Translations under genes and position numbers: made by a program
Assembly: GCA_964016885.1 (NCBI GenBank)
Contig: CAXHJY010001042.1
Coordinates: 1-58,975, forward strand
Direction: 5' to 3'
Origin: Eledone cirrhosa
Taxonomy: Eukaryota
Length of the DNA stretch: 58,975 nucleotides
The notes under the pieces: generated by a model
What the model was told of the DNA's origin: nothing
Seen by the model: only the letters and a program-made list of their open reading frames with translations
The model's database searches: none
Shown here: positions 42,227 to 55,571 of the stretch, piece by piece
Layout of the letters: each line of letters begins with the position of its first letter
Position numbering within the stretch: position 1 is the first letter of the stretch

Positions 42227-43989
42227 CCTGTGTCAGTGTTGAACAAAAAGGTGACGTGGTTGCCTTAACACCGTATGGCATAAATTCAGGCTGTTCAGTT
42301 TGTTTACAAACGAACAAAGCGACGTTAGCGCCGCTAAACTGATACGTGCATATATGTATGTGTACCTGTATGCATATGTATGTGTATATATATATATATA
42401 TGTGCATGCTACTGTACGTCTGTATACATATATGTATGTACGTATACATGCATACTTACATTTATGTAAGTGCCATACTAAGAGTGAGAAATGAAATTTC
42501 GTTTTCATTTTGTTTCAATTTATCGTTTTCGGTATGCCTGACCGATTTAACTCACTCAATATGCAAATTAGGCTGCTCAGCCGTTAATTTTCATAAGGAA
42601 AGTATATACTTTCGAACGTTCAACTATCTGGCAGATGGGTAAACGGTGCTGATGATAGCTAACAAGCTTGAAACTAGTACATCGTTCCTGTGTCAGTGTT
42701 GAACAAAAAGGTGACGTGGTTGCCTTAACACCGTATGGCATAAATTCAGGCTGTTCAGTTTGTTTACAAACGAACAAAGCGACGTTAGCGCCGCTAAACT
42801 GATACGTGCATATATGTATGTGTACCTGTATGCATATGTATGTGTATATATATATATATATGTGCATGCTACTGTACGTCTGTATACATATATGTATGTA
42901 CGTATACATGCATACTTACATTTATGTAAGTGCCATACTAAGAGTGAGAAATGAAATTTCGTTTTCATTTTGTTTCAATTTATCGTTTTCGGTATGCCTG
43001 ACCGATTTAACTCACTCAATATGCAAATTAGGCTGCTCAGCCGTTAATTTTCATAAGGAAAGTATATACTTTCGAACGTTCAACTATCTGGCAGATGGGT
43101 AAACGGTGCTGATGATAGCTAACAAGCTTGAAACTAGTACATCGTTCCTGTGTCAGTGTTGAACAAAAAGGTGACGTGGTTGCCTTAACACCGTATGGCA
43201 TAAATTCAGGCTGTTCAGTTTGTTTACAAACGAACAAAGCGACGTTAGCGCCGCTAAACTGATACGTGCATATATGTATGTGTACCTGTATGCATATGTA
43301 TGTGTATATATATATATATATGTGCATGCTACTGTACGTCTGTATACATATATGTATGTACGTATACATGCATACTTACATTTATGTAAGTGCCATACTA
43401 AGAGTGAGAAATGAAATTTCGTTTTCATTTTGTTTCAATTTATCGTTTTCGGTATGCCTGACCGATTTAACTCACTCAATATGCAAATTAGGCTGCTCAG
43501 CCGTTAATTTTCATAAGGAAAGTATATACTTTCGAACGTTCAACTATCTGGCAGATGGGTAAACGGTGCTGATGATAGCTAACAAGCTTGAAACTAGTAC
43601 ATCGTTCCTGTGTCAGTGTTGAACAAAAAGGTGACGTGGTTGCCTTAACACCGTATGGCATAAATTCAGGCTGTTCAGTTTGTTTACAAACGAACAAAGC
43701 GACGTTAGCGCCGCTAAACTGATACGTGCATATATGTATGTGTACCTGTATGCATATGTATGTGTATATATATATATATATGTGCATGCTACTGTACGTC
43801 TGTATACATATATGTATGTACGTATACATGCATACTTATATATATATATATAAACGGAAAAAATGAAACGATATTTATAATAAATGTTCGGTGAATCCAT
43901 ACGTGCATATATATATGTGTGCATGTATGTATATATATATATACATACTACTGTACGTCGGTATACATATATATATGTACGTGTACATA

Positions 43990-44048
<59 letters not shown>

Positions 44049-44777
44049 TGGTCGTTTTGGAAGCCTCAACAATGCAGATGGGTAATTCTCCGGGTAACAA
44101 GATCCGGTGGTAAAGAGAGAGATGTAAGTGAATGTAGAATGAGATGTATAGTGTGTAGAGGAACGTAGGAAAGAGCGTAAAAAATTAAAATAATAACACG
44201 AGATAGAGTTACCTTGGGAGAGATTTAATTGTCCCTATATTTCGGATTTCGCATCCATCAACTCGGGGTTTTCCGAGGGGGAAAGTTATCTGTCGGAGAG
44301 GAACGGTACGTGGCCTCTGTTGTCCGCCGTTTGTGTGTAACTGAGATATTCTGTAGAACGCACGTGCGCGCGGAATAGGTGCGGTCAAGCAAAGGTTGCG
44401 GAAGCTCCTCTTTATTGTGGAAGTGGGATGGTGCTAGCTGTACTACCTATATTCAGTCTTTGTTACTGGCAGTCTAGTTGTCTGTCTGGTCGCTTGTTGG
44501 TCGGTGGATAGTGGGGGAACTATACAAATGTATTTTGTCCATGCCTGTAGATACATATACGCCTGTGTGACAAAGTTAAGTCTACGTACTTTTTAAGTAT
44601 ATGCGCGTGGTTGAGTGTGTGTATGTTTATATATTTATTCTTTTTATATATACATATGCATTTTTCTTTTTTCCTTTTTTTCTCTTCTTTTTCTTCGCCC
44701 GTTGTTTCCTCAGCCTCACTTTCATATTTCTTATATTTTGTTTTCAAATCCATATTTAATAAAAACACCATGTTTTA

Positions 44778-44835
44778 TTCATTCTGACGACTGAAAACAG
44801 ATATATCTGCTTTTAAGAAACCACTGGTAAATGAA
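44778..44835 (+). ncRNA. Type I hammerhead
   Basis: TTCATT-CTGACGA-stem II-GAAA-CC act GG-TA-AATGAA. Confidence 0.82.
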
Positions 44836-44927
44836 ATAATTATTTATGTTGTATATTACATAACTAATAAGCTCTGTAGCCTACATAAAGCACTCATTTT
44901 TTCTGTACCTTTCCGACGGAATTACTT

Positions 44928-44987
<60 letters not shown>

Positions 44988-44990
<3 letters not shown>

Positions 44991-45575
44991 TGTTATACTT
45001 TGGGAGGGTCATGTTGCCAATAAGAAACACACGCACCAGTTGCTTTCACTTCAATTTATTATATATTTATAAATTTACAAATTTATAAATTTCTGGTTGG
45101 TTGGTTGGTTCCACAACCAGATAGTTGTTTATATATAGTCATAGTTCTTTCGTCACACACTCTGTGACCTCTTCAGTGACTGGGGATTCCTTTCTTTGTT
45201 TCTGTGCCTCTCCTTTGTTCTGTCCTACGCCATTTTGTTTCTGTGTGTGTGTTGTGTGCTCAGTCTGCGCATGCACCACATCCGGGTGTCTGTGTGTGTT
45301 TATGTTCATTTATCTATTTGTTTATTTACTGAAGAGGTCACAGAGTGTGTGACGAAAGAACTATGACTATATATAAACAACTATCTGGTTGTGGAACCAA
45401 CCAACCAACCAGAAATTTATAAATTTGTAAATTTATAAATATATAATAAATAAGTGAAAGCAACTGGTGCGTGTGTTTCTTATTGGCAACATGACCCTCC
45501 CAAAGTATAACAATATCGGTTTCAACACACGATTTCAGATAAAGAATCTTGCTAAACAAATTCAGAAACGAAATA
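44988..45575. mobile_element. Inverted pLTR pair of a sister family of the intact PLE, HHR on both arms; shorter copies at 57635-57883 and 58332-58383
   Basis: - arm HHR AGTCA-CTGAAGA-G-GTCACA gagtg TGTGAC-GAAA-GAAC-TA-TGACT (45137-45181); terminus ATGACCCTCCCAAAGTATAACAATATC resembles 19729 onward. Confidence 0.88.
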
Positions 45576-45730
45576 TATATATATACGTAATATAATTGAA
45601 TATAAAAAATATTTGGCAATATACCGTATGTTTAATTAAATACATTTTGAAGACCATACGCTATCGGTTTTAAAGTAGTGACTATGTCACTTACTTCTTT
45701 TCGGCGAAAGAAGGGATATATATATATATT

Positions 45731-45808
45731 CAGGGTGTCCCAAAAGTCGCTAGACAATTTTATACAAATATATATATAAAATTGTTTAGTGACTTTGTGG
45801 ACACCCTG
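45731..45808. mobile_element. 78-bp Tc1/mariner-type MITE
   Basis: Imperfect TIRs CAGGGTGTCC..AAAGTC / GACTTT..GGACACCCTG, followed by TA. Confidence 0.7.
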
Positions 45809-45833
45809 TATATCTATCTATCTACCTATCTAT

Positions 45834-45953
<120 letters not shown>

Positions 45954-46141
45954 CATTTTATCCTGAGTTCAGTTTTTTTCGTCGCTATGGTCACTGCGGC
46001 CCGTCTATCGGTCGCTGTCTTCAATTTGCCTAAACGTAATGTTATAACTCTAGTGTAATATACCCTATTGAGTGCTTAGCTGCACACCGAGATTGCATTC
46101 GTTAGCTTGGCTGCAACCAGAGCTTCGATGATGCTGTGCTA

Positions 46142-46182
<41 letters not shown>

Positions 46183-46210
46183 GGAATATATATATATATA
46201 TATAAACGTT

Positions 46211-46500
46211 TGCATTTGTCGCATTCTAATCTGTACTCTAATACAGATTAGAGTGCGACAAATGCAGCAATTTCTACATAGGTAGTACCACCAGACCACT
46301 TCACATAAGAATAAAAGAACACATCAATACTAATGCTTCCTCATTTAAGAATCACCTAGTAAAATGCAAAAACACCGACAAAAACATAACAGTTAGGATA
46401 GAAACCTCGGCAATCTTAGAATTAAAGAAGCACTGATTATAGACAAAACACAACTACCAATCAATAACAGACTAGAACTCAACACCCAATTTTTAACATG
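46211..46500 (+). pseudogene. PLE GIY-YIG fragment with a short 5' snap-back hairpin (46211-46266)
   Basis: YRLECDKCSNFYIGSTTRPLHIRIKEH..H..IKEALII..INNRLE from 46242. Confidence 0.8.
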
Positions 46501-46652
46501 ATGGACCACCTAGCCCCACACTTACACCCCCACGAAAATTAAGGATATTGAAATAAATTTAAGGTAAAAGACTAATTGTCAACAATATCTTTTGCATTTG
46601 TATTTATATTCTATATCCATACATGCATTGTTTTGGCCTTCCAACTCCAAAC

Positions 46653-46685
<33 letters not shown>

Positions 46686-46686
<1 letters not shown>

Positions 46687-48695
46687 GTGGAAAAGTAAGA
46701 AATCGGAGAATAGGCCGTTAAAACATGTTTATTTAAAACAGCACCTACGTACGTTTCGCCCAGTTGGGCTTCTCAGGGGCATAAATAACCAAAAGTGTTC
46801 CTTACATTGCTCGGAAAGAGTTTTTGGGGTTAGGTTCACGTCAAGATTCATTGCCCGCAAAAATAGCGTGTTTTGATTTTGCAGCAGGTCAAGGGAGGTA
46901 ACTCTGGCCGGTGTTAGGGCAGTCTTTCCCGGACGAATTTTTTATCCATTACAAGATGTGGTTACAACCTTACCATTGTCGATACGCACAGTGTCATGTA
47001 ATCAACGCTTATTTCGAGACGTTTGTTTTTCCGTACCTGTTTGCCTGGGTCGTTTGAGGCTAGGTCTGGTATGCATGGTTAGTTTCCTGGGTGTTATTTT
47101 GCAGCGCCTGCCCGCCGGGGTGTTAAAACTTGTTGCAGGAAGATCCGGTACACGGTTTCACTCCTCATCCTTAATCCATCTGAAGAAGGATATTTTTAAG
47201 CGATGTGTTCAACTTATCGCTGTTTCAGCTCTGCTGTTGATGAGCTCGTGGGGTGCAGTTATGATGTGGTAGAGCTCCGTGAGGCAAAGATCGCACTTCC
47301 TCTCGAAGTTGTACGGTGCAGCCCTGCCGACAATATCCCAGTGCGTGGAGAAGCTGATGTTTAAGTCCTTTGATGATGTGATGTAGTCCGCGAGCGAAGT
47401 GGAGTGTCTTAATTTCTTATTTGTGAAAGAGTGGCGATGTGTTCGAAACCTAATTTTGAGCGGGCCGGAGGTAGCCCCTATATAATGTTTAACGCTATTG
47501 TGGCTATTTACAGTGCATCTATATATAACCCTATCAGTCAAGCAGTATCCTCTAAGGGGGCAGCGTCCCCTGTCGCGGCAGTTTCAATTTCTGTCGCGGT
47601 TCCATCCATTTCCCACGGTAAGGCTATCATCATTGCTGCCTACGTTGTTATCTACGCTCCCGCAGCTGTCGTTAGCACCATTACAACTCACAGCGCGCGG
47701 GGTGGTACGATTATTATTCCGCACGTCATGTCTGCATGTTCCCCAGTGATTTCGCGGTCATGCTGGTTGCGTCTGCGGAGGCCGTTGCCAGCACTATTGG
47801 ATGCTGCTAGGGAGTTGTTAAGGCCGATATAGTTATTGTCAGGTGTAGGTGCGTCTGTGTCTTGGTGATCTTACTGTGGTTCGTTGTTCTTATGATGTCT
47901 GCTAAGTTAGGAGTAGTAGAGAAGGATATTTTTATATTGTTGCTATTAAAAATTTTTCTATACCTATGGTTGGGCGGGAAGTTCTTCTCTAAGGCTTCGA
48001 AGAACATCCGGGGTAGGTTGGAGGCCACACTCCGAGAGTAGGGGTGGGCTGGAACCATAGGACGTTACGGTGGCGATTACGTGTCCTTGTACGTTTCCTA
48101 CGAGTGGTTCCATCTAGGTGACCGTTCTTATGTATGTTAATGCGCTGTAGCCCGTTAGGTGCCCCTTTCACTTTATGCTCGGATGCGCTCTTCTTCCTTC
48201 TTCCATTTTTATGTACAGGAATATGTTGGTAGGAAGGCGGTTGGTAGTAGGCCGTCGCCTTTGTTGGTTCTGTAATAGGGGAATAGTTCGAGTAAGCTAC
48301 AGTGGTCACTGTCGCCGAGGTCGTGATCTTTAGTGCGTTATCTATTCTATTATATCCGACTCCAACGAGGTCGCCGCGTGATCGGTTATAGGTATGACTT
48401 ACTATAAGTTTTATGAGGGGGGTGGTTTCTAGAGCTAGCGTTAGGGATGTAGCAAATTCCTCGGTTAAAGCCGGCGCTTATTAAGGCCCTATTGTAGTAA
48501 TCTGCCGCTTGGTTGAAGATATCCTCATTGGCGGATAGCCTCGAGATTCTATGTGAGATACTATAGACTATGGAGTTGAGAGTCTGCTTAGGGTGATTGG
48601 AGGCATAATTAATATAAGAGAGGCACTCTCCAGGCTTATGGTAGTTGAGAGTCTGCTTAGGGTGGTTGGAGGCATAATTAATATAAGAGAGCCAC
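46686..48695 (-). mobile_element. 5'-truncated decayed PLE (RT thumb, linker, GIY-YIG, 3' HHR at 46741-46780)
   Basis: YINYASNHP..RISRLSANEDIF..YNRAL; VLWF..PYS..NFP..KIFN; VIY..HYIGAT..R..CDLCLTE; HHR CTGAGAA-GCCCA ac TGGGC-GAAA-CGTACG-TA. Confidence 0.88.
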
Positions 48696-48696
48696 T

Positions 48697-49439
48697 ATAG
48701 TGAAAAGTTTGGCCAATAAATGTAACAAGATGTGTTGTAACAAGATTGCATGACAACTTGATTGAAGCAAGCATTATATTCGGGGCGTACAATGGTCAAG
48801 CTCTTCTCATTCCAAGGATTCCACTTATACCAAGTGATAGCGAGTTGCCTTTTACATTTAAGAGGCTGCAGTTCTCAGTGAAGTCATGCTTTGCCATGAG
48901 CATCAATAAGAGTCAAGTTCAAACTTTCAAAACTATTGGTATAGATCTGACAAACCCATGTTTCAGTCATGGAATGTTTTATGTGGTTGTTTTCAAGGAC
49001 TGGAACTTCAAAAAATCTCTACATTTTAGCCAATCAAAGAAAGACAAGAAATGTTGTTTACCCTGAAGTTCTTCATTAGAACAAAGTATGAAATATATTT
49101 TTCATGTATTTATTCTGTTAAAAAATAAATAATTTTAACTTTGAATTTCTAATTTGAAAATAATGCTTTACACAAAAATGAAATGATCAAGTTTTGTATT
49201 GATATTTTGAAAAAATAATTACAAGAAACAAAATAAGAATAAGATTTAAAAATGTAATTTTGATTTGATATATTACAAAAAAATAGTGTTTTCCAATTTT
49301 TCATGCATCACATTTTACATTGAGTAATATTGAAATGCAGAGTTTTTTCCATAAATTATATCACTGATTTAAAATCAATCATCATTTTCTTACAAAAGAA
49401 ATGTGTGAAACGCAGCAAGGCGCGGGTAATTCGGATAGT
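48697..49439 (+). mobile_element. Helitron 3' fragment (PIF1-type helicase C-terminus and decayed 3' end)
   Basis: LIPRIPLIPSD..PF.FKRLQF....FAMSINKSQ.QT..C FSHG..YV; decayed GC hairpin 49411-49426 then ATAG-T. Confidence 0.85.
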
Positions 49440-49445
49440 ATATAT

Positions 49446-49578
49446 AGGAACCAAATAAATATATTTAAAAAAAAAAAAGACTCCAGTTGCATTTTCGATT
49501 TCATCTTTTTTCTTTATACTTTCACTCCTGTAGGACACCTCGTTTTTTTCCTTTTGTAAAAAAACCTCACTTTCTAAT
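49446..49578 (+). mobile_element. 3' fragment of the 57963-58301 family, starting at the predicted ribozyme cut
   Basis: Aligns to 58159-58301. Confidence 0.8.
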
Positions 49579-49599
49579 ATATATATATATATATATATT

Positions 49600-49785
49600 A
49601 GAAAGTTGGGAGATTTATGACGTTGATTTAATGATCGGTTGGTCAGTTGACAGCTAATAACAGTGGAGTGGTGTGGGGCTAGTACATTAAAACCTGGGTG
49701 GTTCTGCTTGAATTCCGAGATTGTTGGATCGAATCATGCCGGCTTGAAGTTAGAGAACTTGGTAGCTGCTTTGTGCCTACAGAAA

Positions 49786-49827
<42 letters not shown>

Positions 49828-49861
49828 TTTCTGTATATATATAAAATTTATATATATATAC

Positions 49862-49892
<31 letters not shown>

Positions 49893-50964
49893 AATTTTCT
49901 GTAGGCACAAAGCAGCTACCAAGTTCTCTAACTTCAAACCGGCATGATTCGATCCAACAATCTTGGAATTCAAGCAGAACCATCCAGGTTTTAATGTACT
50001 AGCCCCACACCACTCCACTGTTATTAGCTGTCAACTGACCAACCGATCATTAAATCAACGTCATAAATCTCCCAACTTTTCTTTCACTCTCTCTATAACC
50101 GCATCACCTCCATTAAGATAAAAGTCTGCCAAACCTTAATCACCCATATATCATCACTTCCCCTTTCACTTTTTATTCTCTATCTATCTACTCCTTCCCC
50201 ATCCTTAGTCCGACCACTTATGTCTCATCCTCGAATCCTTATCCTCACTCGCTGTCTCCTGTCCCTTATCTCTTTCTCTCTTACTGGTTATATTTTATTT
50301 TTTATTTTAATCCTCTGAGATTTTATTACACCTCTTGCATTTTTATAAACTCTATATACTACATATCATGTATTTCGTATTTCTTTTCATGTTATTGTTA
50401 TCTTTACCGTCATCACTATTTTACACATCCACTTACTCACCATTATAGTAGTAGTACCACCGCCACTACTACTATTATCAGCAAACGTATTCTGTACTTA
50501 TGTTTTACTTATTTTTTTACATCTTTTTCATTTTCATTTTCACTTCTTTATTATTATCTTTTATTATTGATGTTATTATTTTCATTCACTTGATTCTCCG
50601 ATGTATCTATAAATACCAATGCCATGTGTTACACCCTCCAGTATTCCGATGATTTGATCAGAGACACACACTGTATTTAAGGTCGAGTGACGCAACTTCG
50701 AGTGATTAGCTGCCTTTAGAATTACCTGATCAATAAAACAATTGTTAATACTGTAAATAAAACCATTTTGTACAGCCGACCATGTTATTCTTCACTCTTT
50801 CACTATTATTACTCCAAGAATAACCTGCATGGGAATTCTCGGAAACTCGCCACCTAACTAAGGAAACCTCTTGTTGAGTCAAACAGCGCCGTACGTTAAA
50901 ACTATCCATAGTATAGAGTACTCACAGCCTCTAACTGGATTACCTAAAACGATAATTTGTTATC

Positions 50965-50965
<1 letters not shown>
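49600..50965 (+). mobile_element. PLE 3' end with inverted 5' arm (49600-49790) and decayed HHR (50639-50753)
   Basis: FCRHKAATKFSNFKPA* ORF end; CAGTATT-CCGATGA..AAAA-CAATTG-TT-AATACTG; same family as 5640 and 9234. Confidence 0.8.
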
Positions 50966-50996
<31 letters not shown>

Positions 50997-51186
50997 CGAA
51001 GGAAATGTGGTAAGGAACCAGGTGGACCATAACGCACCAAAGTACTCAATACTTGAGGTAGTAGAGTGGGTAATAGGAACCAGTAAGACCCCGACAGCTG
51101 AGCTCAAGCCGTTTCGACGGCTAATTCTGGACTCCAGAATTAGCCGTCGAAACGGCTTGAGCTCAGCTGTCGGGGTCTTACTGGTT

Positions 51187-51277
<91 letters not shown>

Positions 51278-51336
51278 GATATATCTTGCGAGCATAAGTA
51301 TACTTCTGTATAAATATGTTGGTAGATATACTAATT

Positions 51337-51389
<53 letters not shown>

Positions 51390-51393
<4 letters not shown>

Positions 51394-52385
51394 GGGTAAG
51401 ATTCCCGAGATCCATGGACGAGTTCTCTCCAGCGGTCTCTGTCCCTTATCATCGCTGCCATGTCCTGCGTCTCCAACAGACCAGTGTCTGTCCTTAGGGC
51501 ATCAACATACGTTAACCTTGGTCTTCCTCTTCCAGTGTGTCCATGTAGGGGCTCCCACAAGAGCACTGAGTGTCGGTGAACATGTCCCGCTAACCCGGCA
51601 ATTCTGGATGTCGGTGAACATGTCCCGCTAACCCCAGTCTCCTCTGTGTCACTGTTGAGCTGACTTTTGGGAGGCTCCCATACAGCTCTGAGTTTTTCAT
51701 CCTCAGTGTATACTGATTAACGTTCAGAGCCATCCTCAGCATTCTCGTGTAGCACCCATCCACTATCTGAGTGAGTTTCTTGGTCAGTGTCCAAGTCTCA
51801 GACCCGTACAGCAGCACAGACTCCACTACGGCAATGAAGAGGCGGATTTTCAGGTCTTTACGAAGGTCCGACTTCCACACCGATCTCAAGTTGTGACACG
51901 CCGCTCAGGCTTTGCTCTTCCTCTCAACTACATCATTTTCCGTATTCCCAAACTTTGCTCCCAAATACAGGAAGTCCTCAACCAATTCTAGCGGTTTCCC
52001 GACTACATTAGTGATCCCCTCTCGCTTCTCAACATTCTCTACCAGATATTTTGTTTTAGTCTCAATCATTCTCAGCTCCACACTCATCGACACAGTCTCA
52101 ACCTCCCGCATCAAATCCTCTGCCTCCTTCACTGTATTTGTCACCAAAACTATATCGTCGGCAAATTCAGCATCCGGTATCTTTTTCGCCTTAACTCTCC
52201 TGCTCTGAGCCGGTGCTACAGTGAAGCCAAAGTCCTAGTGTTTCTCCAGTGCAAGGCGCATACAATAGTCCACTACGATGATAAAAAGGTAGGGAGCCAA
52301 TGTATCTCCCTGGAGCACTCCAGTCAGTATCTCAAAGAACTCTGTCATCCCATCAGGTGTAATGACTTGGGCTTGGGTATTGTAT
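51390..52385 (-). mobile_element. 5'-truncated RTE-like LINE (RT C-terminal half)
   Basis: GVLQGDTLAPYLF, FADD, FLYLG, VLLYGSETW, LAGHV.R, GRGRP. Confidence 0.85.
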
Positions 52386-52392
52386 ATATATA

Positions 52393-52578
52393 TAATTGTT
52401 TCTACTTTTGGCACAAGACCAGCAATTAACCAGTGCATTACTGGTACTTTATTTTATCGACCCTGTAAGGATGAAAGGCAAAGTTAACCTCGGCGGGATT
52501 TGAACTCAGAATGGCCAGGACCGTAACTCTATGCGTCAAAGCATGGCGTCCGACCCTCTACCGATACTGCCAATCCAG
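52393..52578 (-). mobile_element. tRNA-derived SINE, same family
   Basis: Match to 27019-27205. Confidence 0.88.
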
Positions 52579-52580
52579 TA

Positions 52581-52589
<9 letters not shown>

Positions 52590-52645
<56 letters not shown>

Positions 52646-55532
52646 TTTGATTTATTGGCCACAAGGGCCGACATGTAGGGGCAATACAAAGACAGGGACA
52701 GTGGGGGGTTTACAATAAGGTGGAGTAAAAGTGCACAATGGCAAGACTAATTTAACAATGAAGATGTACAAATATAAAATAAACTATGTATAAATATAAC
52801 AAAATAAATTCCCCTATAGGGGGTGGACGACTTAGGGGTAACTGAGGTACCCCATCAATCCTGAACCACCCTGCGTTTCTAGGGCACACAGGGAGAGCAC
52901 CCCTCTCCTCAAATTAGCTAGTCTATAGGCGCATGGTCAGAGTAGGCCCATTCACACGGGCCATTCTCGCCACATTCATCCACCTTTTAGCAAATGTACT
53001 GGGGGGCAGGGCAGCACTTCTCTCTCCACCCTCACCTTCCTTTCCAGGTGAAACTTGAAGAAGTTGATGAGGGATTGGCCGAAGAGAAAAGTGTCTGTCT
53101 TCAGTCCTTTCAATCTAGTCCACCATATAACCTCTTTTGCAACGGCCACTAGACAGAGGAAAATTGCCTGCTCTTCCTGACCTAAAGAAGGCGGCGGGTC
53201 GATCTTCACTATGGACTCGGCCGATAGCCGGATCCGTTCTACACGTTACAGTAGCTGTTCGACATAACTGCACAAGTCAGTAATACACGGACATTGGACA
53301 AGTGTCTGCAGAACGGTTTCGTCGCTCTGTGCGCATCTTGGGCAGGTCCGTCTGACAGCACTTCTGTGCCTGTAGAGTTTATCCCGAACCGGCAGTGCCC
53401 CCCGGTAGCACTGCCAAGCGAAGGATTTCCGGAAATTGTCCATCGTCCCCGGCGCGAAAGTGCTCCGGAACAGACTGCGGGAGGGCTCGTCTGATAAACG
53501 GCGACCACACCTGTTCACCGTTTAGGCAGAATATCTGGAGATGTCTCAGCCTCAGCGCATGTCTGCGCATCATTAGTCACGGCATGCCCAGCCCTCCGCG
53601 TAGAGGGTGCTGGCAGCAGATGGACCGCCTCACCAACGGAAATTGTCTTCTCCACAAGAATTTGAAGAGGAGCCGTTCCAACTTGACGAGGCGCGGACGG
53701 GGGCAAGGGACGACGGTCAGGCGGTAGTAGATGACAGACGCGACGTACGCATTCTCCACCTACGTGCGACCCATTTTTGGGTGAGACTGACTACCCTGTT
53801 CGTTACCTCGTCCCAATTCTTATCCACCTGGAGGTCTGGCCCGAACCAAACCCCTAGCAACTTTACCGGTCCGTCCGTCCAGCGCCCAAAGACGCTGTTG
53901 GACGGCATGGACTTGCCTCTCCAGGTGCCGAGTTGCAAGCCCACCGACTTTTCTGGGTTAAGTTTTGCTCCCGTCAACCTTTCATATTCCTCCAATAAGT
54001 TGCCGACCACCTCGATTTCTGAGGTGTCCGACACCATCACGGTGATGTCGTCCGCATAAGCCGACACAGCCCTTCCACGTCCCGGTTCTAGCGGGATGCC
54101 CTGCAACAGCTCCAGCTTCCGCAGTAAAGTCTCGTGAGTCAATACGTACAGAAAGGAAGAGAGAGGGCACCCTTGACGGACCGATCGGGAGAGCCGAAAT
54201 AGTTCCGAGAGGTGGCCATTAACCTTGACCACCGAACATGTGCCGCTCTGCATTGTAGCGATCCAGCTTCTGAAGACAGCCTCCAGATACCGGTGGTCGA
54301 CCCTCGACGACAAGCGCCAATCTCTTTGCTAACACCTTGGCCAAAATCTTAAACTTTGTGTTGAGCAGAGTTATGGGCCTGAAGTTGTCTAACGTATCCC
54401 TCTTGTTCTCGTCTTTCCTTATCAGCATCACCACTCCCCTGCTCACAGAACTGGGAATACTCCGATTCTGCTGCTAGTTACAGTAGAGCGCTTCGAGGAG
54501 ACCGGAGAACAAGTCTGGCATATTTACGTAAAGCTCGTAGGGCAGGCCATCCAACCCGGGTGACTTGCGCCTCATGCAGCCGACAAGGGCGTACTGAATT
54601 TCGACTGAAGTAATCGGCCTTTCGCAGCGCCCAGCGTCGACCGTCGAGATGCGTGACAAGCCGTCAAGGTAGGCACTGAAATCCGCTACTCTCTCTGACC
54701 CGCCACTCTCCCCGAACAACCGATCAAAGTGCTGGCGAAAGGCCTCACACATCCGCTTGGAATCGCTTATCTCGTGTCCGTCTTGGTCCGCCAAAGACCG
54801 AATTGTGGTTTTATTACCACGGTGCGCCTCCGCTACGTGGGCCCATCGAACAGCTTTGGTTCCCTCGTTTCTCAGCGCACGCGCCTTAGCTCTGACAATG
54901 CAACCTTCGTGTTTCGCATTGAAGAAATGGTCTAATGCCATTCTCGCTGCTAGCACATCAGTTGCAATGCCACTACAAATAGCCTCGTCTAACTTATCTA
55001 CCAGCTCCCCCTCCTTTCTATTTTTCTCTAACGCTAGTTCTTTGCTGAACTCTATCGAAGTTACTCTAATCTCTCTTTTGAGAGCCCCCCTCCCACCATC
55101 TGTTGTTGATGACCCCCCCCCCCCCCTTGTCAACTTTTGCTTAACTAAATTGTTGCCTCGGCCCCTGTAAGCCTTACGTGCCGGAAATGACATGTTCAGC
55201 TTCCAGTAACCCCGTCCTAACGCGTTTTATCTAGGTCGACTATACAGATCACAAATTTGTGATCTGAATAGGCGACCGTTTTAAAAAGTGGGAAGCCTAC
55301 ACTATTTCTATCTATTTTCCTAATGAAGATCCTGTCTACATACGATCTAGATGACCGTATGCGGATGGTCCACGTCCACACTGGCACAGTGGGGAAATCT
55401 AGTCGATACCTGTCAGATAGTTGGAACTGGCTGATTAGGTGCTTGAGGCTTTTACACCCCCCCCCCCCTCTCCTATCAGCTACTCCCACATAATCCCAGC
55501 GTGCGTCTAAGATGCCGTTCCAGTCCTCCGGA
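52590..55532 (-). mobile_element. Decayed L1-clade (Tx1-like) LINE ORF2 ending in a (TTA)n tract
   Basis: SDH, KSPGLDGLPYELY, NFRPITLLN..KILAK, VRQGCPLS, AYADD, C-terminal CPRC..ET knuckle; AATAAA before the tail. Confidence 0.9.
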
Positions 55533-55571
55533 TAATAATAATATATATATATAATTATTATATATATATAA

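Larger units (their letters stand above)
38482..43838. mobile_element. Hammerhead-containing tandem array (retrozyme-like): 460-bp monomer x8 with HHR on - strand (38482-42185), then x3.6 inverted with HHR on + strand (42181-43838)
   Basis: Exact 460-bp period; one substitution seen (39033); one HHR per monomer; (TA)n flanks. Confidence 0.92.

Noticed and set aside
38497-43924. Repeated 64-110-aa ORFs in the 460-bp array
   Set aside because: Driven by stop-poor TA/CA runs in several frames; no domain motifs
44200-44270. Additional hammerhead on - strand (similar hints near 7355, 45640-45715 and 46530)
   Set aside because: Only a hairpin and GAAA-like segment; no acceptable CUGANGA core or stem I
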